NCBI GenBank assembly: GCA_002633005.1
Contig: NMRA01000599.1
Location: forward strand, 191,357 to 255,356
Reading direction: 5' to 3'
Length of the DNA: 64,000 nt
From: Phoronis australis
Lineage: Eukaryota > Animalia > Phoronida
Under the pieces are notes generated by a model that made no database searches, was not told where the DNA came from, and was given only the letters and a program-made list of their open reading frames with translations. The first letter of the stretch is position 1. The number at the start of each line of letters is the position of its first letter. A program made the translations under genes and the position numbers. Shown here one piece after another: positions 11,927 through 26,243 of this stretch.

Positions 11927-13399
11927 TCCAAATATGGAAAACTGTTTACTTACGCCCTCCTAAGAAAATCGGTTAAAGGGGAAATATCATTAAAGCGTTG
12001 AAACAAAAACCTGAAATCGTGCAACGAAATTGTTTCCTTTTCAAAAAGATTTTTAACCTTAATTTGATTGAAGATGGCTATAACTTCAGTAAATTTCACA
12101 TTTTTGCAATAGGGGATGCGTATATGAAGGTGACTAACAGAAATACGAATTCGGTGACCTCCATATTTTTGCATGATTTGTAAGCAAACACCAAACTACA
12201 AAATCGAAAATGAAAAAAAAAAACATAAAGTCTGTGTCGAATCACCTTGATATTCAAACAGCTACGACCAACCCCTCCTCACATTAGTGTTCCATTCGAT
12301 ATACTCTGGTACCCGATATCTGTCAATCGCAAGGGCTACTTCACGTACGTATCATTCGATGTAGCTGCGTTTGAGTGTTTAATTGTCATTTTCTTTTCTT
12401 GCTAAAACATTGCTAGGACTATCTGGATGGTCCAATGCACCCATAATAACACGAGCTTCCAGCACTACCTTACTGGTAAGCTTATACATTGTCCAACAAG
12501 TAATTTTACAGTCCAGGGATGATGCCCAACAACACTATACGCTGATAATAGTTACTGCATAGACTAGGACTTATAATTATCTGGTTATCTGGTTTTCAAA
12601 GTGGATTTGTCCACTTAGGAAAGCGGATTTTGTATAATTATGCCGACTGGAGAGATTCCAAAAAAAAATTGAAACTTAGCCAGGAATTTCAATCTGTTAA
12701 AGCTGTATATCTCCGCTTAGACGCCAATGTTGAATTCTGAACCACAGCGCTTTGAGGTTAAATAACATTACCACACTCATCCGGTCATGAATTATTGCCG
12801 AATGAGCCGACAAAGCAAGTCACAATCGACGCGTATTATGCACCATTTTAAAAATTAATCCACACTTTTAGGGTACGTTGGCGAGCCCCAATGAACTCTG
12901 GAGCCTTCAATTGGGTTGCTGATGGTTCTGATTCTTTTATTAGTATCATCGAGATACACACGTAGACTTTTATCACGGTAAGGAGTAGTTTATGAGACTG
13001 ATTTTGTGAAAGTAAAAGGTCTTATGCGATTTGAAGTTTTCAGCCAGCTATCTGGGTGAAACGTATCTTTAATTAAATTACTCAAACACTGGGAACACCG
13101 TAACAGTACGTCATCCGTACGAACAATCTTAAGTGCATATTTATCTGACGGAAATAGTTAACTATCTTACCAAAAAATCACCAGCATCTATTAGTTCCCC
13201 GTCGGGATGGTTACTTGACGACTCCAGCAACCAAGGTCATAAAAGTGGTTTAAACTTAAACGTGCTTCAAATTGGAATTAGACCAGGTTTAAAGGTAACC
13301 TATATTTCATGATACTTGCAGACCAATGGTCTAGTAAAACGTGATTTAACCCCAGTTTAAACCTGGCCAAGCCGGTTTTCGTTCCACCACTGGCGTCTC

Positions 13400-13554
13400 C
13401 AGGGGCGGATCCAGGATTTTGAGTTGGGGGGGCATGGGAGAGTATTAGCCAGGATTTTACCCGTCAGACATTCGCAACCCCGAACTGCCAAATGGAATCT
13501 GGGAGAATTTTAGAGGACCATGGTCCCCTTGGCCCCCCTCTAAATCCGCCACTG
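13400..13554. mobile_element. CAGGGGCGGAT-type MITE
   Basis: TIR caggggcggat / atccgccactg; near-colinear copy at 42835-42989; partial ends at 4951, 6480, 14107. Confidence 0.75.
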
Positions 13555-13581
13555 TATTAAGAATTTAAACCAGGTTTAATT

Positions 13582-13860
13582 TTAGACCTAACCCGGAGTC
13601 TAATAATCTTTTTACTCAAAATCGAACTCGAAAACATTTTGGGATTTTCTCCTATTCTTTTGAGTGTCTTTTAAGTGTCTTTTATTTTATGTTCAATTAC
13701 ATAATGTCTTACGCCTTTGAACTTGAAGACCTCAGCATTAAGGCTAAAAGTTTGAGTCTGAATTCGAACTTTTGAGCTTTTACGCGAAATCCCAGTAATC
13801 TCAGTTTTTACTCGGGTTTATAGCTCGAATCTAAAGTTATCAAGAGTGAACTATTCGAAA
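13582..13860. repeat. Interspersed repeat (MITE-like), inverted relative of 45100-45385
   Basis: agcattaaggctaaaagtttgagtctgaattcga is the reverse complement of tcgaactcagactcaaacttttagctctaatgct near 45226-45260. Confidence 0.55.
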
Positions 13861-14461
13861 CTCATATGAATGGACCATAATAAACTGGAGCACTTATCTT
13901 GCGGTTGCACTAAAATTTAATGGAAAATGATAAAAATAATTTCAAGTTTCAAGTCGCAGCTCCTCCATCTTGGCAGCCAACAAAAACTTAGCAAAAATGA
14001 CGTGAGAATAAATTTTGGCATTTATAATGTCACAGCTAGTCGTGAGCGTATACTTCTGTGCGTGTGTGTTGGGTACAGAAAAATGTTGGCCTCCTCATGA
14101 GATTTTAGATCCGCCACTGGCTCCCCTAACAATTTTGTTTCTAACTTTTTACAGTGGTGAAAATTCCTTTATAGCCTTCATTCTTGAGTACTTCCAAATG
14201 TCCTGTTTGTCGCTGCATTTTTCCCATTGCGGAAATGTGCAGCCAGTCTGGAAACATTGTGTGCTGCTTACGTTGACTTGATTTGGCGTCAGTGATCTTG
14301 TTCTCTATAACATTGTCTTTTCTCTAATCAGTTTCCCCAGGAGAAAAGCTTTCAAACCTTTTTCAATTCATTTTATTGATAACAGACCCACTATGTTTCC
14401 ACATTATCCAGGTTCAATTGAAGCGAAGCACTTCAATAGCTTCCTTGTTGAGCTAATCCAG

Positions 14462-15704
14462 ACAAGAGCAACGCAGAGCGTTGAAATGCGCCCACAATTG
14501 CAATGTATACGGTATCCTCTAGGGTTGTTTATTGGTACCATAAAGTGGCCACAAGAGGTCATATATGTAGTATGTTGTACTTTGCAAAATGGAAAGGCAT
14601 GGTCATTGTCTCCTCAATAGGCTAGGGGCAAAATGTGAGTGATCTTCATAATACAAGCACATCTTATACATCAGTTGCTTAAAGCACCACAGAAACATAG
14701 AATTAAAAAGAAATTTACCAACATACGAGATTAGCACAGCATTAGAATGCCAGAAACAAATTTCTACTTGGAACTTTTCTTTCACAGTCACAAAGTAACA
14801 CAAAGTATACACCTGAAGACCTATGAAAATACAGAGGTCAATGTAAAATACTAAAATTGCCACTAGAGGCATACTGGTAGTCAGAATCATCCTAAAGTCG
14901 TCATCGCCGTTGTCAACATCACATAAATACACTTGCTAAATTTAGTAAAGATCCTTCAAACGGTTTGGGAGATACAGCCATGGGCGCAAAAAACTGTCAC
15001 TAGGAGGCGCCACAGTAATCAAAGTCATGGGAAATTCAGCGTCAACCGTCCTCTTCATAGTAAGAACATACATGCCAATTTTCACAAACATACTTAGAGC
15101 GGTTTGGTTGATAGAGGGGTGGACGCCAAAAACAGACTCAAAAACAGTAAAAATGGCCACTGGGTGTCGCAAACTAGGTCGAATCCATCCGAAAACGGGA
15201 GGATAGCGTCATCGCACTAATAGGTGCCTACATACCAAATTTCTTGAAAATCCGTTATGGCTTTTTGAAGATACAAAGGTAAGCGTAAAAAAAACTAAAA
15301 TTGCCACTAGGGGGCACACCGGTAGTCGGATCCATCCAAAAGTCGTCATCTTCCGTTGTTAACATCATATAAATATACATACACAATTTCGTAAAGATCC
15401 TGCGAACGGTTTAGGAGATACAGCCATAGGCGCAAAAAAAACAAAACTGCCTCTAGGAGGCGCCACAGTAGTCGAAATCGTCGGAAAATCATCGTCAACC
15501 GTCTTCTACATAGTAAGCATATACATGCCAATTTTCACAATCATCCTTTGAGCGGTTTGGTTGATAAAGGGGTGGACGCACTAAAACAGACTCGAAAACA
15601 CTAAAAATGGCCACTAGGTGGCGCAAATTATGTCGAATCCATCTGAAAACGGGAGGATAGCGTCAACTCACTAATAGGTGCCTGCATATCAAATTTCATG
15701 AAAA
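14462..15704 (-). mobile_element. HINE (Helentron-associated) element with ~150-bp tandem monomers in a ~450-bp trimeric higher-order repeat
   Basis: Terminal acaagagcaacgcagagcgttgaaatgcgcccac (reverse complement of the 56397-56430 end). Monomer anchors at 14860, 14997, 15157, 15304, 15450, 15611. Cut by an N at 15705. Confidence 0.75.
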
Positions 15705-18700
15705 NTTATTGGTAAACCACCTTTATGAAATCCGCTGCAGCTGCTTCATAAAATGTGACTCACTTAGACTGAAGACGAAAGTTGGCCAAATAAAGGTTTA
15801 ACCGTCTAATCATTAGCATATCATTGCGTGGAGATAATTTGTACAAGTTTTCTTAGTAAGTAACAGTCATGAATTTTTTCTCGGATACTTTATTTCTTTG
15901 CTAAAGTGAGTTTTAATTGTTTTTCATAAACTTGTTATTTGGGGGAGGGTAAGTTTACATTTCTGTCGTAGGCCTTAAGTCACTTTTAATGAAACAAACC
16001 CGATACTAATTGGGGTAGCAATTATTTTCTTTTGTCAAAGCCTGTCATTTTAACACAAAGAACATAGGGAAACGAGCTCTTAAAATCAATAAACAGAATT
16101 TTGTCGGATAAGACACCCTTTCGTAGGGAAACTGATGTGGAAAACGTCACCCATCTGAGCGACATCCCAAGTAAACCTGCTCTATGAGGGGGACCCCCAA
16201 GTCTTAAGGGGGTGTTTTCGTGTTAGTTATTCTTGATATTTTTAGTTACATTTAATTTTAAATGCCTGTCAACGCTTTCATTTTGTAACGGATAAGGTAA
16301 GTTTCAATCACATGATATCTTAAAAACTTCCCTTCTGCTCTCCTCAAGCGTTCCGCACACTTGGCGCACGTCCCCAAATACCGATAGTATGGCCCGAGTT
16401 CACATACGGCAGTGGAAGGTTTCTATGTTAACACGGGACGGGTAGTAGAAGACAGTTCGCGTGAAGCGATCGGACCTACTTCACTAATAATCACATGTCA
16501 AATCCAATATCAAAAGTAATAACATACCTCTAATCCTCATTTGGCCTACGGTATTAATAGCAATACTTGAGTTATTGAAGAAATGTCATGGTCCAATTAA
16601 ATTTGCTCAAAATCGATAGTTAATAAAAGTGGCACGTAATCAATACCATGATATCATATGCGATTTGAACTTAAAACAAGTATATCAAGTCCTCGTTGAA
16701 ATTCATCGAAACGAAACGTATCTTTCTGTTGCCAATTCACCAAATTATGGTTAAGTAGAGTCCTACAAAGGTGTCTGGATTTGACTAACTTCGAAAAATT
16801 AATACAATACAGAAATGGCTTATGGGATTCAAATGAAACTTTATAATACCATGCTGTATGCATAGTTCTTAAAAACGAGGTAAGGAATTGTTCTTAAAAT
16901 GTTCCACATTTGCATGTGGGGCTATCAAAAATAGGTCTTTTATCATTATTTTCGTGAAAACATCAAACCTTAATCGTGCGCAAATTTTAATGTCGTTAAA
17001 AACTCCACTCTTCCTGGGTTAATTTAATTTGATTGTCACCGCGAAAAGAATGTTGTTTTGCAGTTAAATTTGTGGAGCGACCATGTGTGTCAACTTTTGC
17101 CACCGGCGGAGATAGGTTTTGCCCCCCCCCCCCTAATAATTAACAATTAATTATTGAAAGTTTCGACACGCAAACTTAGTATTCAAATAAAATTGGAAAT
17201 TGAACAGACTCTCTCTCCTAACCATCATCTGCTTCCTACAGCTACGTTTTAAACGGCGGCAAAGGACAAGGTACGTGTCATTTGAATGTCGGAGTTGCAA
17301 AAATTAACGTACGGTTGGTGCCAAGTTTTGATGTACGTTTCGTTGCTAGAGGACCGCAAACAGAGTCATGAAATAAACAGTAAAAGCGAGCTGCGCATAA
17401 ATTTCCAAATTTTTACTCACAGCGCCTAAGAAGTTTTGCTCGTCACCTTGTCGTGAAGCTGAAATGGACATAGAGCAAACAAGCGGGAAACACCGAAGTA
17501 AACATTGCCCAGTAATTATGTGTACTGGTATTCAAATACTAAAAACCGCTGACCAAATGAAACAAATTCCGATAATTTGCTGTGACATGCGCGCACCCTT
17601 TTGGAAGAATAAGCAAGATTCCAAGTTCACACACACTCAGCAGATCATGGAAGAATCGGCGAAAAAATTGGCCAATAGGTGACACTCATTCGTAATGTTG
17701 AAAGTCGGTGCAAGACAAATTTAACAGCAGAATAACGGTAAAACGGCAATCTTCGTAGCACTGTGAACTTTTGTAGTTAAATCAAGGAAGAGTGAAGTCT
17801 TTAATGACATAAATTTATTGCCGTGTTGTTTTTGGCTACTTTTTACCCACACCGGTGCAAAGCTGTATACAACACAGTTTTGCATCAAGACTGTGTCATA
17901 CACAAGTTACCTACTACCTAGTGTTAATTATACTCTTTTTTCTGTTTTAGTAAAACTCTTGCACAGACGAATTTTAACGTATTTACATCTAGTCTCAAAC
18001 CAGAGTTTGTTGGTCTGGACTGCCGTTTGTCGGAAAAATCGGATGCTCTCTCGACATGTCACCTTTTTTCCCAGCGCAAGGCGAGGCTTAGAAACCTTCC
18101 TATTTTACTAAGTAATATTTTTTGATTAAAGAAACTTACTTTATGTTTAAAGCTGGTGAAAACAAATTAAGGAGATTGGGACTTTCAAGCGTAGGCGTCA
18201 AAGAACCGGGCGGATTTCGCCAGCAGTGAATCTTACGGCACACTCACTTCCTCACACGCCGGCAGAGCACAACACACAGACACCAGGCCTCCGGCAATCA
18301 TCGATGTTTTACGACACACAAAATGCGATTATGCCGCAATTTTTAAGCAAATTTTGAGATACTAGCTTAACTAGAACGTAAACCTAATATAACATGTATT
18401 AATAAACACGCAAGAAATATCAATGCGGTCTCCCATAAGTTATATTTGTGATGGATAGTGACATTGTATAGATACGAAAAATGGAAAAAATGGATTGCTT
18501 TCAAATTTATTGAAGTTGTACTAAAGAACTTTATATCACTGGCGACATTCACCTGAATCGAGACATGGACATCCATCAGGCATAATTTGTTCCATTATAT
18601 TGCAACTGACATTTATTGACATATTGTAATTGCTACTGCTGTCAGTAATCTGGGAATAACAAAGATTAAGTAGCGAATTGTTAAGCAACGTACTCCAGTT

Positions 18701-19310
18701 CCAAACTAACCAGGTCAGAGAAACAACGGCAAGTTAAAGATGCATAGTCTCATGTTGAGTGGCGGCTAAATTGGCCAATCAGAACGTAGCATTCTTGACA
18801 CACCTTCGTTTCCAAGCCGCCATTTTACTAACGACACGTCGTTAGGTAAAACTTATTGTTTGTCGGGTGTCACGCAACTTTTCGTAAGGGGGCAGAGCTT
18901 GCGACAGGTCAATTGTGAATATGCAAAGTGAAGTACTAATTTACAAACATGCCAGGATCCGCCAGTATGCCGGAAACCATCCGAGAACCAGTGACCATTA
19001 TAATCCAGCGAAAGTCTCGTTTTGCGAGACTACATTTATGTAAACGAGTAGCCTACGGTACTATTTCATCGTTACCCTAACAAAACAAAGCACAGTTTTA
19101 TTATTATTTCAATATCAAATAACGACTGCGCAACATTTGGAATTACTAAGGTTTATTATATGTTCACAATTGTTTTAAAATGTATCAACTGTGGTGTTTT
19201 CTCTAAAACCGCAATTTATTTACAAATTGATTCCTGGTTACACGAAGTCACTAGGAAGCGCCTGCTACAAATTTAAATATTCACGGTTTTAATGAGACAT
19301 GGCATCTTTA

Positions 19311-20476
19311 AACAAGAGCAAATGCGGAGCGTTCATATGTGCCTACCGCCGGCATACCTCGTAGGCACATCACCAAGAGGTGCAATGCCAGAACTTCCGG
19401 AGGGGCGAAAAAGCAACAAAGCAAGTCACTATGTTCGCCTCACACTTGCCACCTTTTATCATGATTCTTCAGGCAGTTTGGAGGATAGAGAGGCAGTAAA
19501 AATTTCATAAGCATCCATCAAGGAAATTGTCCGATATCAAGCCAAAAACAACGAAAATCCACAGTCGGACTTGTCAAAAATCCACGTTAGCATTTCTCGA
19601 TTCGACAGAAACACAACCGAATTTCAATGAGATCCACAAGGAACTTAGTAGATATTGAGCCACTAGCAAAAAAACAGAATTGCCACTTGGGGGCACCACA
19701 GCAGTCGGACCCGTTCAAAAATCTTCGTCAGTCGCCAATTTTCATAATTAGACATAACGTGGTTTGGCCGATAGAAAGGCGGATGCTAACCAGCAACAAA
19801 AATGATAAAAATGTCCGCTATGTGGCGCATGATACGTCGATCAAAAATCAGGAAGGTTTCGTCGTCTTCTTAACAGTAACCTATAGCGCCACCTATGTCA
19901 AATTTCCTTAAAATCCGTTAACGAACTCTCAAGAAATAAAATTTACCACCGAGAACCTCAGCGGTAATCGGATACGCCTGAAAGTCGTCGCCATCGGTTG
20001 ACACGTTCATAGAAAAAAATCTACTTGTCCAATTTAAGAACTATCCTGCAAGGGTTTATGAGATAGACTTTCACTAGGTTGCACCACTGTAGTTGGAGTC
20101 GTGTAAAAATCAGCGTCCCCTTTCTACCTTTCCAGTAGAAACACATACTTAAAATTCCGTAATGCATCCTCAGTAAAGTGGTTGGGCCAATAGCGAGGCG
20201 GGCGCATAAACACTCAAAACAATAAAAATGGCCACTGGTGGCGCAGAACGCATCCGAAAACGGGAGTCTTCGTTTCCAATTTTACTTGACAATTTTCATG
20301 AAAACCTGTCCACTGAAGGAAGTCCAAAGATACAGAAACAATAAAAACTGCCACTAGGGAATACAACGTTACTTGGATCCGTCCAAAAATTTGCTCGTGC
20401 CTTTCCACTTCACGAACATCCAGCAATTGAAAACGTTTTGAAGATGCAATTGAAGATGCAGCAGCGGACGGAAGAC
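19311..20476 (-). mobile_element. Diverged HINE copy with ~150-bp monomers
   Basis: Starts aacaagagcaaatgcggagcgttcatatgtgcc; monomer anchors gccact(a/t)gg near 19682, 20231, 20350; ends gcagcggacggaagac. Confidence 0.7.
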
Positions 20477-20799
20477 AATTACTTCAATTTCCGTCTAAAA
20501 TAAGGCTAGTTTTAACCAAACTAGTATCATGGGCAACTGTCCTTTAGCATTTTCCACACACTTAGCTCTACAAGCGCAGGCCCCTATATGACTATGATTT
20601 TTTTCAAGTTGTGACAATAATGCAAGGATTAGCAAAAAACAAGCTCTTGGCACTTCAAGACTATGAGCAAATGGCACACAATTTCAGTAACTACCGGTAT
20701 TTAGCTATAAATCACTTTGTATGTAGGCGCGTTGGAAGGTAAACAGTATGGGGGCATTGGGCTTTTCCTCCTCTCGTGGTCAATTTCAGGCTCCTCCAA

Positions 20800-21072
20800 G
20801 TCTACAGCCCCGCTCTAAGTGGGACCAACTTTGCTGTTTTTGGGACAAACCCGGGTCAGCAGCCACCAGAAACGTGGTATCCACGCCTCAATACAATTTC
20901 CCGAGAAATGGTGACCCCCACTTTCAGACTTGAAAACAACGCGTGATGACGATTGCATTTTTACCTTAAGGGTACACAAATAACTCTTTACGGAATGTAA
21001 GCAAATCGAACCGCGGACTTTGGAATGAGTATAAGAATAAGTGGAGACTCATAGCCATCACCTCGGTCATTC
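20800..21072 (-). mobile_element. Possible tRNA-derived SINE remnant
   Basis: Minus strand shows A-box-like TGACCGAGGTG and B-box-like GGTTCGATT at tRNA-like spacing; no cloverleaf; left boundary uncertain. Confidence 0.3.
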
Positions 21073-22445
21073 AAATTCATCTATTTCGGAGGGTGATAAT
21101 GTGGCCTAAGGCAAAGATACATTAAATTACGGTATTAGGGTCATACTCAAGGATGAAATTAGAGGTGCCCCTGGTACACCGCCATAGGGTCAGTCATAAA
21201 TTATCTTGTTGAAACACGGGTACCCGATTTTCTGGCAGTTGCATCCGGCCCAGGCCACAAACGATACAAAACTAATCGACTTTCACCAACCTTCATGATG
21301 TCAAAATCCATCGAATCACTGATCAATTAGTTCTCGAGGGGTTATATCAGATCGGCAAAAATTATTTAGTGCACTTTGTTGTTCGGGGTAAGGTTGATAA
21401 GAGATTTTCCTGAAAGCTTAACACGCATCGAACTTCAAAATTTGTCTATGGATCAAGTCGGCTTTTGTAGATAGATAATTTTGTATACCAGAAGCCACCG
21501 AATTCTTGTAGGTTACCAGACGAAAACAACCTTGGCATATTAAACCCCGTTACCTGGCAACACAATATACACAAAGCGTACATTTTTCGCTGGACGTAGT
21601 CAAGTTGTACTGAGGTTTTTGAATCTGAAATTTACTTTGTGGAATTTGAAGGCAACGCTCGAAGGCAAGCACGCAGATACAGGATGACGGGGAACCGAGA
21701 TAGCATGATGGGCCAAAGCATCTCACGGGTTGTTTTTTGAAGGCATTCGTGTTAAGATGAATTCTGGTACATCCCAGTAATAGTCTTTCACGGTTTAGGG
21801 GTTGAATTTGAACTCCAAAGTGGGAAAAATCTTTGTAAGATTGCCAGTACATATAAATGGAACATCTTAATACGTTAAATACGTAAACTGTACAGATAGG
21901 ACAGTCATAAAAAATCGTTGACGGTACCTCAACAGTCTGATGCGCATGTGCCAGTCTCCATCTTTTTCAATAATGCTTTCCAAGTAAGGATAAAAATATC
22001 ACTTTTGTAATTCTTTGGAAGATGTAAATATTTTCATTATAAAACCAAAGAGAATATCGCCTTTGTGTAATTCAAAAAGAATTCTGTTTTAAGTTCTTCA
22101 AACTTTCATCTTTTCCATGGCAATCAATGGTAATATTCTTTACATACAGTTAGATTTTGGGTCTGGCGTGTCTTAATGTTACCCGGTTTCACATGAACAT
22201 GTTCTGCGTTTTCCCGACCTATTTGAAATTTCATTTACTTCCACTTGTGAATAGTTGACAGTGCTGGATTTCTAAGGGGGGAAAGGGCCAAATGCACCAT
22301 GCCGCCTCTACACGAGAGGGCACCGTCTGAAAGGGGCCAAATAACAGGAAAAGGTATATCTTTAAAAATTGGAAAACTGTCACAGTAAACTCCATCATGG
22401 AGTAACCTTCTAAGAGGTGACCTTCCTCGACATGAAAGGTTGTAC

Positions 22446-22805
22446 CAGGACTTGGAATGATCAGGGATAAAAAAGAGGAAAATTTTCCAGGTGACCAATA
22501 GTTGCACAAATAAATAGGCTTGTGTGATAGAAACATTTTTTGTGTTGTAAGATTCAACTGAAATAAACGTTTTTGGGCAATAGTCTGATATAACGTGCCC
22601 GCATTTTGAGAACCAGCTTGATGCCCGTTATTTAGTGAGAGAAACTGATTCGGGCACGTTATATCAGACTAGTACCTGTTTTTGCATGAATAAAGTCAAA
22701 ACAATAATAAAAATGAGGCGAAAAAGAGGAAACTGGAAATCTACTAAATTGAAATTGAAACCAAAAAAGAGAAAATACACTTTAAAGAGGAAAATTCCAA
22801 GCCCT
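22446..22805. mobile_element. MITE with CAGG(A/G)CTTGGAAT TIR, interrupted by a hairpin insertion
   Basis: caggacttggaat ... attccaagccct; colinear uninterrupted copy at 44310-44527. Extra DNA contains a perfect 21-bp inverted repeat (22581-22601 / 22651-22671). Confidence 0.75.
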
Positions 22806-24163
22806 TTGTAAGATTTCACCAAAACAGGAAAAGAGAGGCAATAGATTCCATCATTAGGGAACCCTACGTGAGCAGCCCCTTAAAAAGAAAGGAATATATA
22901 AATAACAAATAAGAACAGGATGTGGGACCCAAAATGCATTTAATAGGGCTACTCCAAGGGTTGGAGCCCCTAAAATGAAATGATATATAATTTCAAAAAC
23001 AGAAAATCAATTTTTCTTGCCAGAGAGTGGCCCATGGAGAAATGCAGTGTTTTTTTTTAACTTAACAAATTGAATTCATTTGCTCTTTCAAATCTGCACA
23101 TAAGTTTTCTCGGGACTTTTTTAAGTACGTACGATCTATACAGCAAAAAACTTTGTCCTCTGACAAAAACATCTTGGCCAGGACTCCCAGTACTAGTAGT
23201 TGAAAACTATATTCTCTTAATTTTGTTTGATTTTTACGCTTCTGCCCATTGCTACGGTTTCATGCCAACGGCTGCAAAATATTGGGAGGGCACATGCCTC
23301 TCTGACTTCCCTGCTTCCCATGGTCCTTCATTACACACAGTTATTCCCAGCAAATGTACAAGGCAACTGATTCACCATGATCCAGCAATGAAACGGCCAT
23401 AATCAATTCTTCATATTTCTATGCATCCCAGGGGAGTATCGTTACTAAGTAATGAGAATCCGAGTACTTATACGAAGGAACAATCCACGTCAATATTCGT
23501 AGTAACAGGACAACATAAATTGTGCCATCTAAGACATGATAATAGTTTAGACAGACTTTTAATGGAAGTACAAGACTTACTATAACAACTAGTTAAATAT
23601 ATGTACTACAAAACACTTGCACAAAACGACTACACTAATATGAATCACACGTTATTTAGAGATAGTTTGATTACAATAAAAAAGTATAATTAAAGAGAAA
23701 AATTGAGTCTTTCACAATCAAAAAACCATTTGTGAAGTGAAACATTTTGTTCCCATGCTATGGCTACTAAGTTCTCACTTGGAAATTACATTTAGAATCA
23801 AGTTGTAAAGATAAAAATGTACAAATTTGGAATAAATATCCTTCCAAACTACAATAAAATTCTTCAGTTTGGGACACAATAAGGAAATCAAGAGAACTTC
23901 TCAACAAAAATGACAACTCAAGAAATTTTACTTTATTTCAACATGATTTATATCTGTTACCAAAATTATGCAGAATGTAGTGAGCCCCTGAAAATAGCAA
24001 AAAATGACAAGTTTAGCATTTGTCCTTGTCCCAAATTGAAAGATTCCACGGCGCGTCTCTTTTACAAGCAGCAACCAATGGAAGAATGCACAAAAGCAAA
24101 AAAAGCACCAATCAGTCTCATCCAAAGACAGACCTTGTACTAGTACTATGGCAGGGGAGATAA

Positions 24164-24504
24164 TCATTTTGATTTTTCCTTCATTTTCTCTGCTGCTATA
24201 ACGTTGACAATGTCATTCCTGATGCCAGACAGGCCTTTCTTCTCCATGCTACATATCACCACAAACATGATAAGGAGATAGCCAATCAGCATGCTGAACA
24301 GAATCCGACCAATCATGACAGGGTAGGCCAGAAGACCAATCGGCATCCAGAAGCCGGTCCCCAGCATGGCCAGAACGCACAAGGTGAACAGCGTACCGTA
24401 GAACTTTTGGCTTGACCTCACCTTTGAAACGGCACGGTCCAGAGTAACGACAGCTTGCTCGAGAAGATCCACCTTATTGTTTATCTCATTCTGAGATCCC
24501 ATGG
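24164..24504 (-). CDS. SMPD2: Neutral sphingomyelinase (nSMase1-type) exon 8: two C-terminal TM helices and stop
   Basis: Acceptor ttttag|CC continues phase 1 from exon 7; hydrophobic segments FYGTLFTLCVLAMLGTGFW and YPVMIGRILFSMLIGYLLIMFVVI as in SMPD2. Joined CDS is 1203 nt (400 aa). Confidence 0.85.
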
Positions 24505-26243
24505 CTAAAATTTAAGAGAGGGCGTTTAGGGAAATACTTATTAGTTCCATGACAACATTAGTGCTATACCCTTTGGCTGAAAATTAAACAGCAGTGTGCA
24601 TAAGGAAACAAATATCAAGCACTGTAGCGAACAACGCACCTAAAACGTGAACATTACAGAACGATCACACAATAGAATGACGGACACAAAATGAAATGGG
24701 GACAGGAGACAAAAATCAACGGGAATTGTAACTTGGTAGAAGTGATAATTGTTATTCAAAGAGGGGAAGGCTTTAGATTCCAGGATGTGTAGGGTTTCTT
24801 TAATGTGCAAGGTATGGGGTGCATTGTCACTACATAATATACGTGCGTAATTAAAATTCAATATCATGGTGGGTGGCAGAGGCATGTCCGAAAACAGAGC
24901 TGTTGTCATGGGTCTTGTGTTCTTAAATGCGTAGTCGAATGCTGTGGATAACGCAAGGCCTATGACAACAGCGCTATTTTTCAAAACGCCTCAACTACTC
25001 TTCTGTATAAACTCTTGATTCAAGTGACTTACTCGTATGTAACTGGCTTCAACATGCGCATTAGTCAGGTTAGAAGTGATATCTGTGTTTAGGAAGAGTT
25101 GACACCTGACTCAACAGGCTGGACCAGCTTCAACTAACCTGAATAAGGACTTAGCTGAGACCTAATATTTAATAGCATCAGGGTACTGGCAGCTACCCAC
25201 GATTAACACTCTTGTGATTTTTATTAAATAAACAAATATTTAATGGTCTTATTTAACACAGCTGTGCACTAAATTGTAAGTTGATTCCCTGTGTATACAC
25301 GTATATGTATATGTATGTATATGCATTATGCAAGAGTCTGCATATATATTATGTAACACCTAGAGTCGACTCAAGCTGAGGACTGGTTTTCTAGGGAGAG
25401 AGCACATGAAGACTCATACATTTGTTTGATGTAAGACTAAAATCATATATTTGACATTTTGGCCAATTTTGACCAAGATAACTCAAACACATTCAATCAG
25501 TACAGGCTTTAATTGATTGTTTAAATTGTGTTCATAAAGGTCAAAAATGTCTATTTCATGGAACAACCAGCCACGTCACTTCTCAAGTTCAATGACTGGA
25601 TTTCAGAAACCATCATGAGGCATGTTATTGTGAGCATGCTTATGAAGTGAATCAGTTACAACAAGACAGTGGATACCTTGAAACCCTGTACAGAGCAACA
25701 CTGACACTGGCGCTGGTGAGGGCCAGACACATCTGGTGTTACCTAATTGGTGGCTGAACTAAGTTTACAACTTTGCTGGTACATATTTTGTTGAGCCATG
25801 TTAAGTTGTCTTCTTTTGCTTGTAAAACTTAAGTCTATGGTCAATGTTCTCTTTGGTGACACCACTGAAAAGCTCAGTAAAAGAGGGTTTTATCACACTG
25901 AGTAAGCTTTTGAAGAAATACTGTGACAGGATTTATAAGAAAGTACAAACTAATGTGAAACAGTGAAGAAAAATGAGTACCTTTATGCTACTGGGAAGTG
26001 GTCTAAATAAAAAAATTGTTAATTTTTAATTAAAACGGGTTATCGGGTAACAGTAGCTTTACCTGCAAACAACACAGGCTAATCAGCTGCATCAGGACAC
26101 ATGACCACCAAACTTAACTCAAAAGACTTGACTCGAAAATTGACCCATCATTTGTCAAACAGCAGAATTTCACATGGTGTGACTGGTCCCTATTTAGTTG
26201 AGTCTTAAGGACAATTTTGGCGATCACGGAGCTTGAAGTTTAC

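Noticed and set aside
14820-15704. Regularly spaced conserved motif resembling a CRISPR array
   Set aside because: The intervening sequences are homologous to each other (tandem monomers), the context is a eukaryotic HINE, and there are no cas genes.
15768-15783. Hammerhead core CTGAAGA...GAAA
   Set aside because: Only one base where stem II should be, and no flanking stems.
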